A program made the position numbers and the translations under genes. From assembly GCA_032654565.1 (NCBI GenBank), contig JAULAX010000009.1, positions 192,001 through 256,000 on the forward strand: a stretch of 64,000 nucleotides of DNA, written 5' to 3'. The notes beneath the pieces were generated by a model. It did no database searches. It was not told where the DNA came from and was given only the letters and a program-made list of their open reading frames with translations. Below, piece after piece: positions 49,592 to 59,138 of this stretch; the stretch's first letter is position 1, and each line of letters opens with the position of its first letter. The stretch comes from Anaeromyxobacteraceae bacterium (GTDB taxonomy: Bacteria > Myxococcota > Myxococcia > Myxococcales > Anaeromyxobacteraceae).

Positions 49592-50377
49592 ATGCTTCGC
49601 TCGCTCTTCACCGCCGCCACCGGGATGGACGCCCAGCAGCTCCGCATGGACGTCATCTCCAACAACCTGGCCAACGTCAGCACCACCGGCTTCAAGAAGG
49701 CGCGCGCCGAGTTCGAGGACCTGCTCTCCGAGACCATGCGGCAGGCCGGCCCCCCGGGCCCGAACGGTGGGGGGGCCCCCTCGCCGCTCCAGGTCGGGCT
49801 GGGCGTCCGGACCGGCTCGACCACCCGCTCCTTCGGCCAGGGGGACATGTCGGCGACCAACAACCCGCTCGACCTCGCCATCGAGGGGCCGGGCTTCTTC
49901 CAGGTGCAGCGGCCGGGCGGCGACTTCGCCTACACCCGCGCCGGCAACTTCCGCTCCGACGCCACCGGCCGGCTGGTCACCCAGCACGGGGAGCTGGTTG
50001 AGCCGGCCGTCACCTTCCCGCCCGAGACCACCGCCATCACCATCAAGCCCGACGGGACCGTCTGGGCCACCGTGGCCGGAAGGCCCGACGCCACCGAGGT
50101 CGGCGCCATCGAGCTCAACGTCTTCGCCAACCCCGGCGGGCTGGAGGCGCTCGGCAGCAACCTCTTCGCCGAGACCACCGCCTCGGGCGCCGCCCAGTCC
50201 GCCAAGCCGGGCCGCCAGGGGACCGGCACCCTGGCGCAGGGCTACCTGGAGGGCGCCAACGTGAAGGCGGTGGAGGAGATGATCGACATGATCGCCACCC
50301 AGCGCGCCTACGAGCTCAACTCCAAGGTGATCCAGACCGCCGACCAGATGCTGCAGCGCCTCACCAACATCCGCTGA
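49592..50377 (+). CDS. flgG: Distal rod protein FlgG
   Basis: SLFTAATGMDAQQ, NNLANVSTTGFKK, QRAYELNSKVIQTADQML. Confidence 0.96.
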   Translation: MLRSLFTAATGMDAQQLRMDVISNNLANVSTTGFKKARAEFEDLLSETMRQAGPPGPNGGGAPSPLQVGLGVRTGSTTRSFGQGDMSATNNPLDLAIEGPGFFQVQRPGGDFAYTRAGNFRSDATGRLVTQHGELVEPAVTFPPETTAITIKPDGTVWATVAGRPDATEVGAIELNVFANPGGLEALGSNLFAETTASGAAQSAKPGRQGTGTLAQGYLEGANVKAVEEMIDMIATQRAYELNSKVIQTADQMLQRLTNIR

Positions 50378-50382
50378 CCGCG

Positions 50383-51027
50383 ATGCGCGCCCTTCCAGCC
50401 ACCCTCGCCCTCCTCGTGCTGTCCGTCCCGGCCCCAGCCGTGGCCCTGCCACCGGGGCCGGTCGTCGAGGCCTTCGACCGGGCCGTGCCGGTCCCGGGCG
50501 CCCGGGTGGAGATCGCCGACTTCCGCCCCGAGCTGGTGGCGCGCTGCACCGTGACCCGCGCCGAGCTTCCGGCCCCGCTGGTGGGCTCGGGACGGATCGC
50601 CGTGCGGCTCACCGGGACGCTCCAGGACGGCGGTCCCTGCGACGGGTGGGGTTGGGCCGTGGTTCGCGTCCTCGCCCCGGTGCTGGTCGCCCAGCGCGCG
50701 GTGTCGGTCGGCTCCCCTCTCGTCGACGCCGTCACGCCTCGGGAGCGCGAGATCCTGCCGGGTCGCACGCCCCTCTCCCGCCTGCCCGCCGACGCCGTGG
50801 CCGGCCGCCCCCTCGCCGCCGGCCAGGTCCTGGACGAGCGCGACCTGCGCTCCGGCCCCGGTCTCGGCGACGCGGTCACCGTCCTGATCCGGCTCGGCGG
50901 CCTCCGCGTCGAGCAGGTCGGTCGAGCCGTTCCATGCTCACGTGGGCACGCCTGCGCCCAGATGCCGTCGGGCAAGCGCGTCGAGGGGGCCTGGAGTGGC
51001 GGCCGGATCCTGGTGGAGGCGCCATGA
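50383..51027 (+). CDS. flgA: P-ring assembly chaperone FlgA
   Basis: Signal peptide; SAF-like segment; lies between flgG and flgH. Confidence 0.75.
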   Translation: MRALPATLALLVLSVPAPAVALPPGPVVEAFDRAVPVPGARVEIADFRPELVARCTVTRAELPAPLVGSGRIAVRLTGTLQDGGPCDGWGWAVVRVLAPVLVAQRAVSVGSPLVDAVTPREREILPGRTPLSRLPADAVAGRPLAAGQVLDERDLRSGPGLGDAVTVLIRLGGLRVEQVGRAVPCSRGHACAQMPSGKRVEGAWSGGRILVEAP

Positions 51028-51701
51028 GCCCCACCCACCTGCGCCACCTCCTGGCCGCGGCCCTGCTCCCCGTCATGGCGGCCTGCAGCACGACCCACAT
51101 CGGCGCCTACCAGCAGAAGAAGCGCGAGTACCAGGCCCCGGCCGCACCGGAGGCCTCGGCCCCGGGCTCCCCGGGGAGCCTCTGGCCCGGCCGGGCGCCG
51201 ACGCTGCTCTTCGCCGACGCCCGCGCGCTCCGCGAGAACGACCTGGTGGTGATCAAGATCGAGGAGGTCGCCGACGCCACCCACGGCGCCAACACCGAGC
51301 TGAGCCGGAACAGCGCCCTGGCGGCGAACGCCGCCGCCTCGGTGAAGGGTGCCTCGAAGCTCGACTTCAAGCTGAGCGGCGGCATCGACACCGGCCTGCA
51401 GTCGAAGGGCTCCACCAGCAGGACCGAGCAGCTGGTGGCCACGGTCCCGGCCGTGGTCCGCCAGGTGCTCCCCAACGGCAACCTCTTCGTCGAGGGGCAC
51501 CGGGTGGTCCTGGTGAACGCCGAGGAACAGCACTTCTACATCTCCGGCGTGGTCCGGCCCATCGACATCGAGCCCGACAACAGCGTCCGCAGCTCCAAGG
51601 TCGCCGACGCCGAGATCGAGTTCACCGGCCGGGGCATCATCAACGACAACCAGAGGCAGGGCGTCCTCTCCAAGTACCTCGGCTGGGTCTGGCCGTTCTA
51701 G
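51024..51701 (+). CDS. flgH: L-ring protein FlgH
   Basis: Lipobox MAAC; LFADARA; VLPNGNL; SGVVRPIDI; C-terminal WPF. Confidence 0.95.
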   Translation: MSPTHLRHLLAAALLPVMAACSTTHIGAYQQKKREYQAPAAPEASAPGSPGSLWPGRAPTLLFADARALRENDLVVIKIEEVADATHGANTELSRNSALAANAAASVKGASKLDFKLSGGIDTGLQSKGSTSRTEQLVATVPAVVRQVLPNGNLFVEGHRVVLVNAEEQHFYISGVVRPIDIEPDNSVRSSKVADAEIEFTGRGIINDNQRQGVLSKYLGWVWPF

Positions 51702-51710
51702 GTGATGTCC

Positions 51711-52832
51711 ATGAACCGCTCCGCACACCATCGACCCGGCCTCGCCATCCGCGCCCTGCTGGTCGCGCTGGTCCTCGGCGCGGGCTCCCCGGCCCTGGGC
51801 GCCGTCCGGGTGAAGGAGCTCACCGACGTCGCCGGCACGCGGAAGAACGCGCTCTTCGGGTACGGCCTGGTGGTCGGCCTGGCCGGGTCGGGTGACTCGG
51901 AGCGCGTGCTCTTCACCCAGCAGTCGCTGGCCAACCTGCTGGGCCGGCTCGGGATCCGCCTCGATCCGGCCCAGGTGCGCGCCCGCAACGTGGCGGCGGT
52001 GATGGTGACCGGCAGCCTCCCGGCCTACACCCGCCCCGGCGAGACCATCGACGTGGCGGTCGCCTCGCTCGGCAGCGCCTCCTCGCTGGCCGGTGGGGTG
52101 CTGCTCATGACGCCCCTGGCGGCCGCCGACGGCCAGGTCTACGCGGTCGCCCAGGGTTCGGTGCAGGTGGGCGGGTTCATCGCCGGTGACTCCTACTCAT
52201 GGACACGGAAGAACACGCCCACCGCGGGCCGCATCCCGTCCGGCGCCACCGTGGAACGAGGCGTCTCGCCGGCCCTGTCGACGGAGCTGCTCGTCCTCAG
52301 CCTCCACCGGCCTGACTTCACGACGGCCAGCCGCATCACCGCGGCGGTGAACCTGGCGCTCGGGACCGGATCGGCCCGATCGCTCGACTCGGCCTCGGTC
52401 GAGATCAAGGTGCCGGAGGAGTTCAAGAAGGACCTGGTGGCGCTGGTCTCCAAGGTCGAGGCCCTCGAGGTGGAGGCCGACAGCCGCGCCATCGTGGTCG
52501 TGAGCGAGCGGACCGGCACGGTGGTGGCCGGCGAGCGGGTCCGGATCCGCCCGGCCATGGTGGCGCAGGGCGGGCTGCGGGTGTCGGTGGAGCGGGTCCC
52601 CACGGTGTCGCAGCCGGCGCCGTTCAGCTTCGGCTCGACCGTGACCACCGAGCAGACCCTGGTCACGGTGGAGGAGGAGAGCCGCCGCGCCATGGCCCTG
52701 CCGGCGACCGCCACCGTCGAGGACCTCACCAGGGCCCTCAACCTGCTCGGCGCCAAGCCTCGCGACCTGATCGCCGTGCTCGAGGCGCTCAAGAGCGCCG
52801 GCGCCCTCGACGCGGAACTGGACGTCCAGTGA
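51711..52832 (+). CDS. flgI: P-ring protein FlgI
   Basis: GYGLVVGLAGSGD, NVAAVMVT, ERTGTVV, LKSAGALDAEL. Confidence 0.95.
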   Translation: MNRSAHHRPGLAIRALLVALVLGAGSPALGAVRVKELTDVAGTRKNALFGYGLVVGLAGSGDSERVLFTQQSLANLLGRLGIRLDPAQVRARNVAAVMVTGSLPAYTRPGETIDVAVASLGSASSLAGGVLLMTPLAAADGQVYAVAQGSVQVGGFIAGDSYSWTRKNTPTAGRIPSGATVERGVSPALSTELLVLSLHRPDFTTASRITAAVNLALGTGSARSLDSASVEIKVPEEFKKDLVALVSKVEALEVEADSRAIVVVSERTGTVVAGERVRIRPAMVAQGGLRVSVERVPTVSQPAPFSFGSTVTTEQTLVTVEEESRRAMALPATATVEDLTRALNLLGAKPRDLIAVLEALKSAGALDAELDVQ

Positions 52833-53635
52833 GGGCGGCGCCCCCCGTCGCCCCCGGTGGGCCGGCCGTGGATCGCCGCCTCGGCGAGACGGCGCGCGCC
52901 GTGGAGTCGATGCTGCTCAAGCAGATCGTGGTGGCGAGCGGCGCCTTCAAGGGCGGCGAGGGTGCCGGCTCGGCCTTCCGCTCCGACATCTTCGCCCAGA
53001 CCCTCTCCGACGCGCTCGCGCAGGGTGGCGGCATCGGCCTGGCGGCCATGCTGGAGCGCTCGCTGGGCGGGGGCGATCCAGGGGCCCGGCAAACCGGGTC
53101 CTCGGGGTCCCGGCCCGCGCCTGCGGCGACACCGGTCGTTGCAGGCCCGGTCACCCACGCCTCGAGACCCCGGACCGGCTCCCCCGTTCCGCTCTCGAGC
53201 CCGCTGCCCGGCGCAGCCACTTCGAGCCCCTTCGGGGCGCGCAAGGATCCCATCAGCGGGCTGCGGGCGCCCCATGAGGGGCTCGACCTGGTCGCTCCAG
53301 GTGAATCACCCGTCGTGGCTTCGGCGGCTGGCGTGGTGCTGTCGGCGGGTCCGAAAGGCGGCTATGGCCTGGCCGTGGAGATCGATCATGGTGCTGGAAT
53401 CACGACCCTTTATGGACACGCCTCGCAGCTCCTGGTCCAGCCCGGTCAGCGCGTGGAGCGCGGAGAGCAGGTGGCCTTGCTGGGGGATACCGGCCGGTCG
53501 ACCGGGCCCCACCTCCACTTCGAGGTCCGGTCCCACGGGCGTGCCGTGGACCCACGACGGGCCCTTAATGCCTATCGAAGCGGTGCCGATAACCCGCATG
53601 GAAGCGAAGCTCTTGCTTTCACGAGGTTGCCATGA
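52829..53635 (+). CDS. FlgJ-type rod-binding domain fused to an M23 metallopeptidase
   Basis: ARAVESMLLKQIV...GGGIGLAAMLERSL (rod-binding); HEGLD, YGH, STGPHLHFEVR (M23 Zn ligands). Confidence 0.85.
   Translation: MRAAPPVAPGGPAVDRRLGETARAVESMLLKQIVVASGAFKGGEGAGSAFRSDIFAQTLSDALAQGGGIGLAAMLERSLGGGDPGARQTGSSGSRPAPAATPVVAGPVTHASRPRTGSPVPLSSPLPGAATSSPFGARKDPISGLRAPHEGLDLVAPGESPVVASAAGVVLSAGPKGGYGLAVEIDHGAGITTLYGHASQLLVQPGQRVERGEQVALLGDTGRSTGPHLHFEVRSHGRAVDPRRALNAYRSGADNPHGSEALAFTRLP
53566..53592 (+). promoter_or_regulatory. sigma28 promoter of flgM-flgN-flgK-flgL
   Basis: TAAT-N15-GCCGATAA with a perfect -10, inside the 3' end of the upstream gene. Confidence 0.85.
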
Positions 53636-53940
53636 AGATCACCAGCCCGAACGAAGTCAGGCCGGTCACGTCCAGGAAGACAGAGGAACCCGCAGGCTCA
53701 CCCGCCTCGGGTCGCACCCAGGCGCCGCCGGATACGGTGAGCACCGCCGAGAGCACCCGGCTGGCCCAGGCGATCGCCACCATCCGGAGCCAGGCGGGCG
53801 CCTCGCATGCCGCCCGGCTGCAGTCCATCGAGGCGGCCGTCCGGCAGGGGACCTTCCGGCCGGATCCGAACCGGATCGCCCAGCAGATCCTTCAGGACGC
53901 GGAGATCACCGCGGCCATGCAGGCGATGCTGAAGAAGTAG
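53632..53940 (+). CDS. flgM: Anti-sigma28 factor FlgM
   Basis: MKIT..., DTVS, RLQSIEAAVRQGTFRPDPNRIAQQIL. Confidence 0.85.
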   Translation: MKITSPNEVRPVTSRKTEEPAGSPASGRTQAPPDTVSTAESTRLAQAIATIRSQAGASHAARLQSIEAAVRQGTFRPDPNRIAQQILQDAEITAAMQAMLKK

Positions 53941-53958
53941 CTGCGACCGGGAGACGAC

Positions 53959-54432
53959 ATGGTCCTCGCTGAAGCGGTGCACTCAGCGGAGCGGCTGCGC
54001 GTGGCGCTGGCCGAGGAGGTCGACGCCGCCCGCGGGGAGCGTCAACTGCTCCGCTCCATGGACAGCGCGGCCCTGCTGCGCCGCGCCGCCGCGCGCGCCG
54101 AGTTCCAGGCCAGGGTGGCCCGGCTGGAGGAGTCGCTCCACGACGCGCTGGCCGCGGCGGCCGAGCGGCTCGACCTCCGCGTCGTCACCATCGCCTCCCT
54201 CGCCGCGCGGGAGCCGGGCGCCGCCTCGACGCTGTCCGTGATCTTCGGTGAGGTCAGGGCCCTGGCCGCGGCCCTGGCCGAGCTCGACCGCCTCAACCAG
54301 TTCCTCGCCACGCGCGCCCTGCGCCTGGTCCGCTCCTACGTCGAGGCCCTCTCGCCGGAGCCACGCGCCTATGACCGGCGGGGTCTCCGGTCGGTGGCGA
54401 CCACCGCCTCCGCCGTCTCGAGCCGGGTCTAG
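53959..54432 (+). CDS. flgN: Export chaperone FlgN
   Basis: Helical; LNQFL...AYDRRG C-terminus; lies between flgM and flgK. Confidence 0.8.
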   Translation: MVLAEAVHSAERLRVALAEEVDAARGERQLLRSMDSAALLRRAAARAEFQARVARLEESLHDALAAAAERLDLRVVTIASLAAREPGAASTLSVIFGEVRALAAALAELDRLNQFLATRALRLVRSYVEALSPEPRAYDRRGLRSVATTASAVSSRV

Positions 54433-54434
54433 CC

Positions 54435-55850
54435 ATGGGCATCGACCTCCTCTCCATCCTCTCCTCGGCCGGCGCCAGCCTGGCCTCCCACCGCGCCGCC
54501 GCCGCCGTGGCCAGCCACAACATCGAGAACGCCAGCACGCCGGGGTACGCCCGCCAGCAGGCCAACCTCGAGGCCCTGGTGCCGGTCGACCAGGGTGTCG
54601 GGGGCTTCATCGGCGCCGGCGTCCGGCTCTCCAGCGTGACCCAGACCAGGGACCGCTTCCTGGAGGCGCAGATCCCGGCGGCGCTGGGAGGTGCCTCGTT
54701 CTCCTCGGCCGAGGCCCAGTCGCTCGAGGCCGTCAGCGCGCTCGACCCGCAGGCCGCCGGCAGCCTCGGCGACGCCCTCGCCGCCTTCTACTCCTCGCTC
54801 CGGGCGTTGAACCAGAACGCCGGGAGCCCCCAGCTCCGCCAGACCGTGGTCTCCACGGCCCGGTCCCTCTCCCTGGCCTTCCAGCGGACCGGCAGCGCGC
54901 TCGCCGACGCCCAGCGCGGCCTCGACGCCCAGGTCCAGGGCAAGATCGGCGAGGTCAACCAGCTGGCCTCCGAGGTGGCCCGGCTCAACGGCGCCATCAG
55001 CACCGCCCGGGCCAGCGGCTCCGAGCCGAACGACCTGCTCGACGCGCGACAGAAGGCGCTCGACCAGCTCGCCCAGATCGCCGGCGCGGTCCAGGTCCAG
55101 GATGGCAGCGGCAACGTCAACGTCAGCATCGGCGGCAGGTTCTCGATCGTCGACGGCAACCTGGCCGGCAGCCTGCAGACCTTCCCGGATCCGGCCAACG
55201 GCGCCCACCTCGGCGTGCGCGGGTCCCCGCCGGGCTCGACCACCGCGATGGACCTTCCCGCCGGTGCCCTGGGGGGAGAGCTGGGCGGGTACCTGGCCGC
55301 CAGGGACGGAGCCATCGGCACCTCGGTCCAGCGGCTCGACCAGCTGGCCTTCGATCTCGCCGGCGCGATCAACACCGCGCACCAGGCCGGCTACGGGCTC
55401 GACGGCGTCACCGGGCGCCCCCTCTTCGAGGTCGGCGCGACCGCCAGCGGCGCGGCCTCGGCGCTGGCCGTGTCGGCCGCCATCGCCGCCGACCCCCGCC
55501 GGCTGGCTGCAGCCTCCTCGGCCGCCGGGCTGCCCGGCGACGCCACGGCGCTGCAGGCGCTCCTGGCCACGGAGCGGAGCCCGATGGGATCCAGCGGCCT
55601 CGACCCGACCGAGACCCTCGGAGACATCACCTCCCAGTTCGGCGGCATGACCGCCAGCGCCCGGGCCGCGGCGGACCAGGACGGGGCGTTCTCGGACCAG
55701 CTCCAGACCATGCGACAGGCCACCTCGGGTGTCTCCATCGACGAGGAGCTGCTCTCGCTGCAGAAGGCGCAGCGTGCCTACGAGGCGGTGGCCAAGGTCA
55801 TCCAGACCTCCTCCGAGATGCTGTCCACCTTGATGAACCTGAGGCCGTGA
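54435..55850 (+). CDS. flgK: Hook-associated protein FlgK
   Basis: HNIENASTPGYARQ; NDLLDAR; SGVSIDEE...QRAYEA. Confidence 0.95.
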   Translation: MGIDLLSILSSAGASLASHRAAAAVASHNIENASTPGYARQQANLEALVPVDQGVGGFIGAGVRLSSVTQTRDRFLEAQIPAALGGASFSSAEAQSLEAVSALDPQAAGSLGDALAAFYSSLRALNQNAGSPQLRQTVVSTARSLSLAFQRTGSALADAQRGLDAQVQGKIGEVNQLASEVARLNGAISTARASGSEPNDLLDARQKALDQLAQIAGAVQVQDGSGNVNVSIGGRFSIVDGNLAGSLQTFPDPANGAHLGVRGSPPGSTTAMDLPAGALGGELGGYLAARDGAIGTSVQRLDQLAFDLAGAINTAHQAGYGLDGVTGRPLFEVGATASGAASALAVSAAIAADPRRLAAASSAAGLPGDATALQALLATERSPMGSSGLDPTETLGDITSQFGGMTASARAAADQDGAFSDQLQTMRQATSGVSIDEELLSLQKAQRAYEAVAKVIQTSSEMLSTLMNLRP

Positions 55851-55872
55851 TCGACCTCGGCCGAGGAGCGCC

Positions 55873-56775
55873 ATGCGTGTCACCGACCAGATGCTCTTCG
55901 CCCTCGCCACCCGCTCCACCGGCCTGGCCCGCTCCCGCGTCGAGAAGAGCATCGAGGAGACCTCGAGCGGCCTGCGCGTCTCGCACCCCGGCGACGACCC
56001 GGCCGTGGCCGGGCTGCTGGTCCAGAGCCGCGCCCTCCAGGAGCGCTTCACCGCCATCGCCAAGGCCGCCGACACCGCCTCGAGCGAGCTGACCGTGGCC
56101 GACTCCGCGGCCGCCTCGGCCGGCAACTCGCTGCTGCGGGCCCGGGAGCTGGCGATGCAGCTCGTCAACCCGACCTACACGGCGGCGCAGCGGGTCACCG
56201 GGGCCGCCGAGGTCGACCAGATCCTCCTGGCCGTGCTGTCGCAGCTGAACACCCAGCTCGGGGACCGGTACGTCTTCGGCGGCAACCGCGACGCCACCGC
56301 CCCGTTCAACGCAGCCGGGGCCTACCTGGGCGACACCGCGGTCAGGAAGGTCGAGATCGCGCCCGGCGTCTTCGCCCCGGCCTCGGTCCGGGCCGACGCG
56401 GCCCTGAAGGGGGTCGACCCCACCACCGGCGCGGTCACCGGCGCCGACGTGCTGGCCAGCCTCCAGGCCCTCGCCACGGCCCTTCGGGCCAACGACATGA
56501 CCGGGATCCGCGCCACCCTCGACCCGCTCGCCGACGGCCTGGCCCAGCTCGCCTCGCTGCGAGGCCAGATCGGCGACGCCCAGAACTCGATGAACATGGC
56601 CGTGGCCACCAACCAGGCGGCGCTCAACGACGAGCGCCAGCGAAACTCGAAGCTCGGGGACGTCGACATCATCGAGACCACCACCGCCCTGGCGCAGGCC
56701 CAGCAGGCCCTGCAGGCCTCCTTGTCGGCCTCGGCGCAGGGCATCCGGTTCACGCTGCTCGACTACCTGAGGTAG
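55873..56775 (+). CDS. flgL: Hook-associated protein FlgL
   Basis: MRVTD, SSGLRVSHPGDDP, RYVFGG, TLLDYLR. Confidence 0.93.
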   Translation: MRVTDQMLFALATRSTGLARSRVEKSIEETSSGLRVSHPGDDPAVAGLLVQSRALQERFTAIAKAADTASSELTVADSAAASAGNSLLRARELAMQLVNPTYTAAQRVTGAAEVDQILLAVLSQLNTQLGDRYVFGGNRDATAPFNAAGAYLGDTAVRKVEIAPGVFAPASVRADAALKGVDPTTGAVTGADVLASLQALATALRANDMTGIRATLDPLADGLAQLASLRGQIGDAQNSMNMAVATNQAALNDERQRNSKLGDVDIIETTTALAQAQQALQASLSASAQGIRFTLLDYLR

Positions 56776-56777
56776 CC

Positions 56778-59099
56778 ATGGCCTCGGGCGTGGCCAGCGT
56801 GCGAGCCTCTCCGCCAGCCGCCGACCTGGCCCGCTCCCTCCAGGCGCTGCTGCGCTGGAGGGCCCACGGGCTCGCCGCCCATGTCGGGCTGCCGGCGGCC
56901 CAGGCGGCCCGGCTCTTCCCCGTGCTGCTGCACACCAGCTACCTGAAGACCCCGCTCGACCTGGAGCCCCCCGGCGTCCGGGGGCTGCGCTTCCGGCAGG
57001 GGTGGGCCGGCTGGGCCAGGAGCTTCGGGTTGCCGCCCCCCTCGAAGATCCAGCGTGACACCTGCCTGGCCGAGGCGGTCTTCGCCCACCTGGGCGCCGC
57101 GGGGCTCGAGCTGACGGTGCTGGTCTCGCCAGGCCTCGGCGCCAGGGACCGCGCCCGGCTCGAGGCCAGGTGCGAGCAAGCCCGCCTGCTCCTCGGCAAG
57201 GCCGGCGTCGCCCTGTCGGCCCGGCTCCTCGGCGCCGAGGAGCTCCAGACCCCCGCCTTCGCCGCGCGCACCTTCCTCTTCGGCGCGCTGCTCGCCGGCA
57301 CGCCCGGCCCGGAGACCTGGAGCGGCCTGATGCGTGCCCTGGATGCGAACCTCTCCCAGGGCGACCTGTCCGACCTCTTCGCGGGATCGCCGACGTCGCT
57401 CTCCTCGCTGGCCATCGGCCTGCTCGCCGGCGGCGCCGTCTCCAGCGCCGTCACCGCCATGACCTGGGCGGCCGGAGGTGGCGTCAGCGCGCACGCCCTG
57501 GCTGCACCCGACGCCTGCCCGGTGGCCTGGGGCGGCCTGGCCTCCGGCCTGGGCCAGGAGCTCGAGACGGTCCGCGGGCTGGTCCACCCGGCGCTGGCGT
57601 CCCCGGCGCGGCACCTGCTGCGCGGCCCCCGGCCGTCGAAGGCCCGGCTCGAGCTCCCGGAGCTCCTCCGCATCGGTGGCGTCCTGACGCTCGCCTACCT
57701 GCGCGCCGTCCGCCGCTCGCCGGTCCTCCGGGCCACGCCGAGGTGGCGGGAGGTCATCGCCTCCGGGATCCCCGCGTCGCTCCTGCACGCGGTGGGCGAG
57801 GGGCTGGGCGGCGGCACCCCCGGGTCGCTCGAGCCCGGCCTGCAGCCGCCCCACGGGCCACGGGGCTTCGAGGTCGCCATCGGGAGCGGCGTGCTCTCGC
57901 GGGGGGCGACCCAGATCCAGGCCCGGGTCCGCGCGCTGGCGCTGGTCGCCGTGGCGGGCGGCGAGCGGAAGCTCACCGGCGTCGACCCGCACTGGAAGGC
58001 GCTGGCGACCAGGCTGGGCCGGGTGCGCTCGAAGCCGGCGCTCATCCTGGTGGTCGGCGAGGCCACCGGGAACGAGCCGCCGCTCGACCCGCTCAACCGG
58101 GGCCCCGACCGCCGCATCGGCTTCACCTCGGCGATGCTGATCCGGCTCGGCCCCGGGCGCCGCCCGGCCGCACACCTGCTCGATCCGTCCGCGGCCATCG
58201 AGGTCTTCCTCCGTGCCCTCCTCGACGGTGACGACGTGGAGGTCCTCCCTTCCGGCCAGGGGGCCACCCCGGTCGCCGTCCGCCTCGGCGCGGTCTCCCG
58301 GCTGCTCGGCGCCACCGGGAGTGAACGGAAGGCCGCGCCCTCGGCCGGTCCGGCCATGCCGGTGGCGATCCAGGTCGGCGGCGACGTCCTCCTCCTGCGC
58401 GGCAAGGAGATGCGGAGGTTCCCGCTGGCCCGGTTCCTGACCCGGCCACGCCTCTTCCTCGCCGATCCCGAGGCGCCCGACCTGTCCCCCACCCCGGGCG
58501 ATCCGGGCGGGGCGAGCAGCCGCCTCTCGGGGCTCATCCAGGTGCGCATCTCGCTCGCCGATGAGGGCCACGCCTGGGTGCTCTACTCGGACCGGTCGGG
58601 GCGCTTCCGCCAGCGGGTGGCGCTCCCGGAGGTCGAGGAGCAGCTCCGGGACGCTCGCGCCGCGCTGCTCGGCGCCGGACTGGGTTCGGCCCTGGCCATC
58701 CGGAGCGACGCCGACGTCGACCCGGCGCTTCGCCGGGTCGGCATCGCCGCGCCCACCCGCCGGCTGGAGATCCTGGTCCGCGGCGCGCTGCCGGGAGGCC
58801 TGCAGGTCCGCCTGGCCGGGTCGGGCCAGCCCGCCGCCGGCCCGAACGATCCCGGCTGGTACGGGGGGCATGCTCCTTCCGGCTGGGAGTCGGCCGCGTT
58901 GGCGGCCATGGCCTGCTGGATGCCGGGCGAGGAGGGCCGGATCTCCTGCCAGCAGGTCGCCGTCGCCGCCCCGTCCGGGTGCTCGGCCGAGCTCGCCACC
59001 CTCTACGCACGCTCGGTGGCGACGCGGCGGCTCGACGCGCACCTGCGCCGGCTCCTCGGCCCTTATCGGAAGGAGAAGGAGAGCCGAAGAGTGGGGTGA
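56778..59099 (+). CDS. 773-aa protein, probable catalytically degenerate class I adenylate cyclase homolog
   Basis: Starts 2 nt after the flgL stop with a GAGGT RBS and fills the gap to fliC. Several colinear segments resemble CyaA (see findings); no GS...SDLD catalytic motif. The CDS is well supported, the family call less so. Confidence 0.6.
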   Translation: MASGVASVRASPPAADLARSLQALLRWRAHGLAAHVGLPAAQAARLFPVLLHTSYLKTPLDLEPPGVRGLRFRQGWAGWARSFGLPPPSKIQRDTCLAEAVFAHLGAAGLELTVLVSPGLGARDRARLEARCEQARLLLGKAGVALSARLLGAEELQTPAFAARTFLFGALLAGTPGPETWSGLMRALDANLSQGDLSDLFAGSPTSLSSLAIGLLAGGAVSSAVTAMTWAAGGGVSAHALAAPDACPVAWGGLASGLGQELETVRGLVHPALASPARHLLRGPRPSKARLELPELLRIGGVLTLAYLRAVRRSPVLRATPRWREVIASGIPASLLHAVGEGLGGGTPGSLEPGLQPPHGPRGFEVAIGSGVLSRGATQIQARVRALALVAVAGGERKLTGVDPHWKALATRLGRVRSKPALILVVGEATGNEPPLDPLNRGPDRRIGFTSAMLIRLGPGRRPAAHLLDPSAAIEVFLRALLDGDDVEVLPSGQGATPVAVRLGAVSRLLGATGSERKAAPSAGPAMPVAIQVGGDVLLLRGKEMRRFPLARFLTRPRLFLADPEAPDLSPTPGDPGGASSRLSGLIQVRISLADEGHAWVLYSDRSGRFRQRVALPEVEEQLRDARAALLGAGLGSALAIRSDADVDPALRRVGIAAPTRRLEILVRGALPGGLQVRLAGSGQPAAGPNDPGWYGGHAPSGWESAALAAMACWMPGEEGRISCQQVAVAAPSGCSAELATLYARSVATRRLDAHLRRLLGPYRKEKESRRVG
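59064..59090 (+). promoter_or_regulatory. sigma28 promoter of fliC
   Basis: TATC-N15-GCCGAAGA, about 50 nt upstream of fliC. Confidence 0.65.
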
Positions 59100-59138
59100 G
59101 GCGGACGAAGGTTCGCCCTAACCAGATAGGAGAAGACC

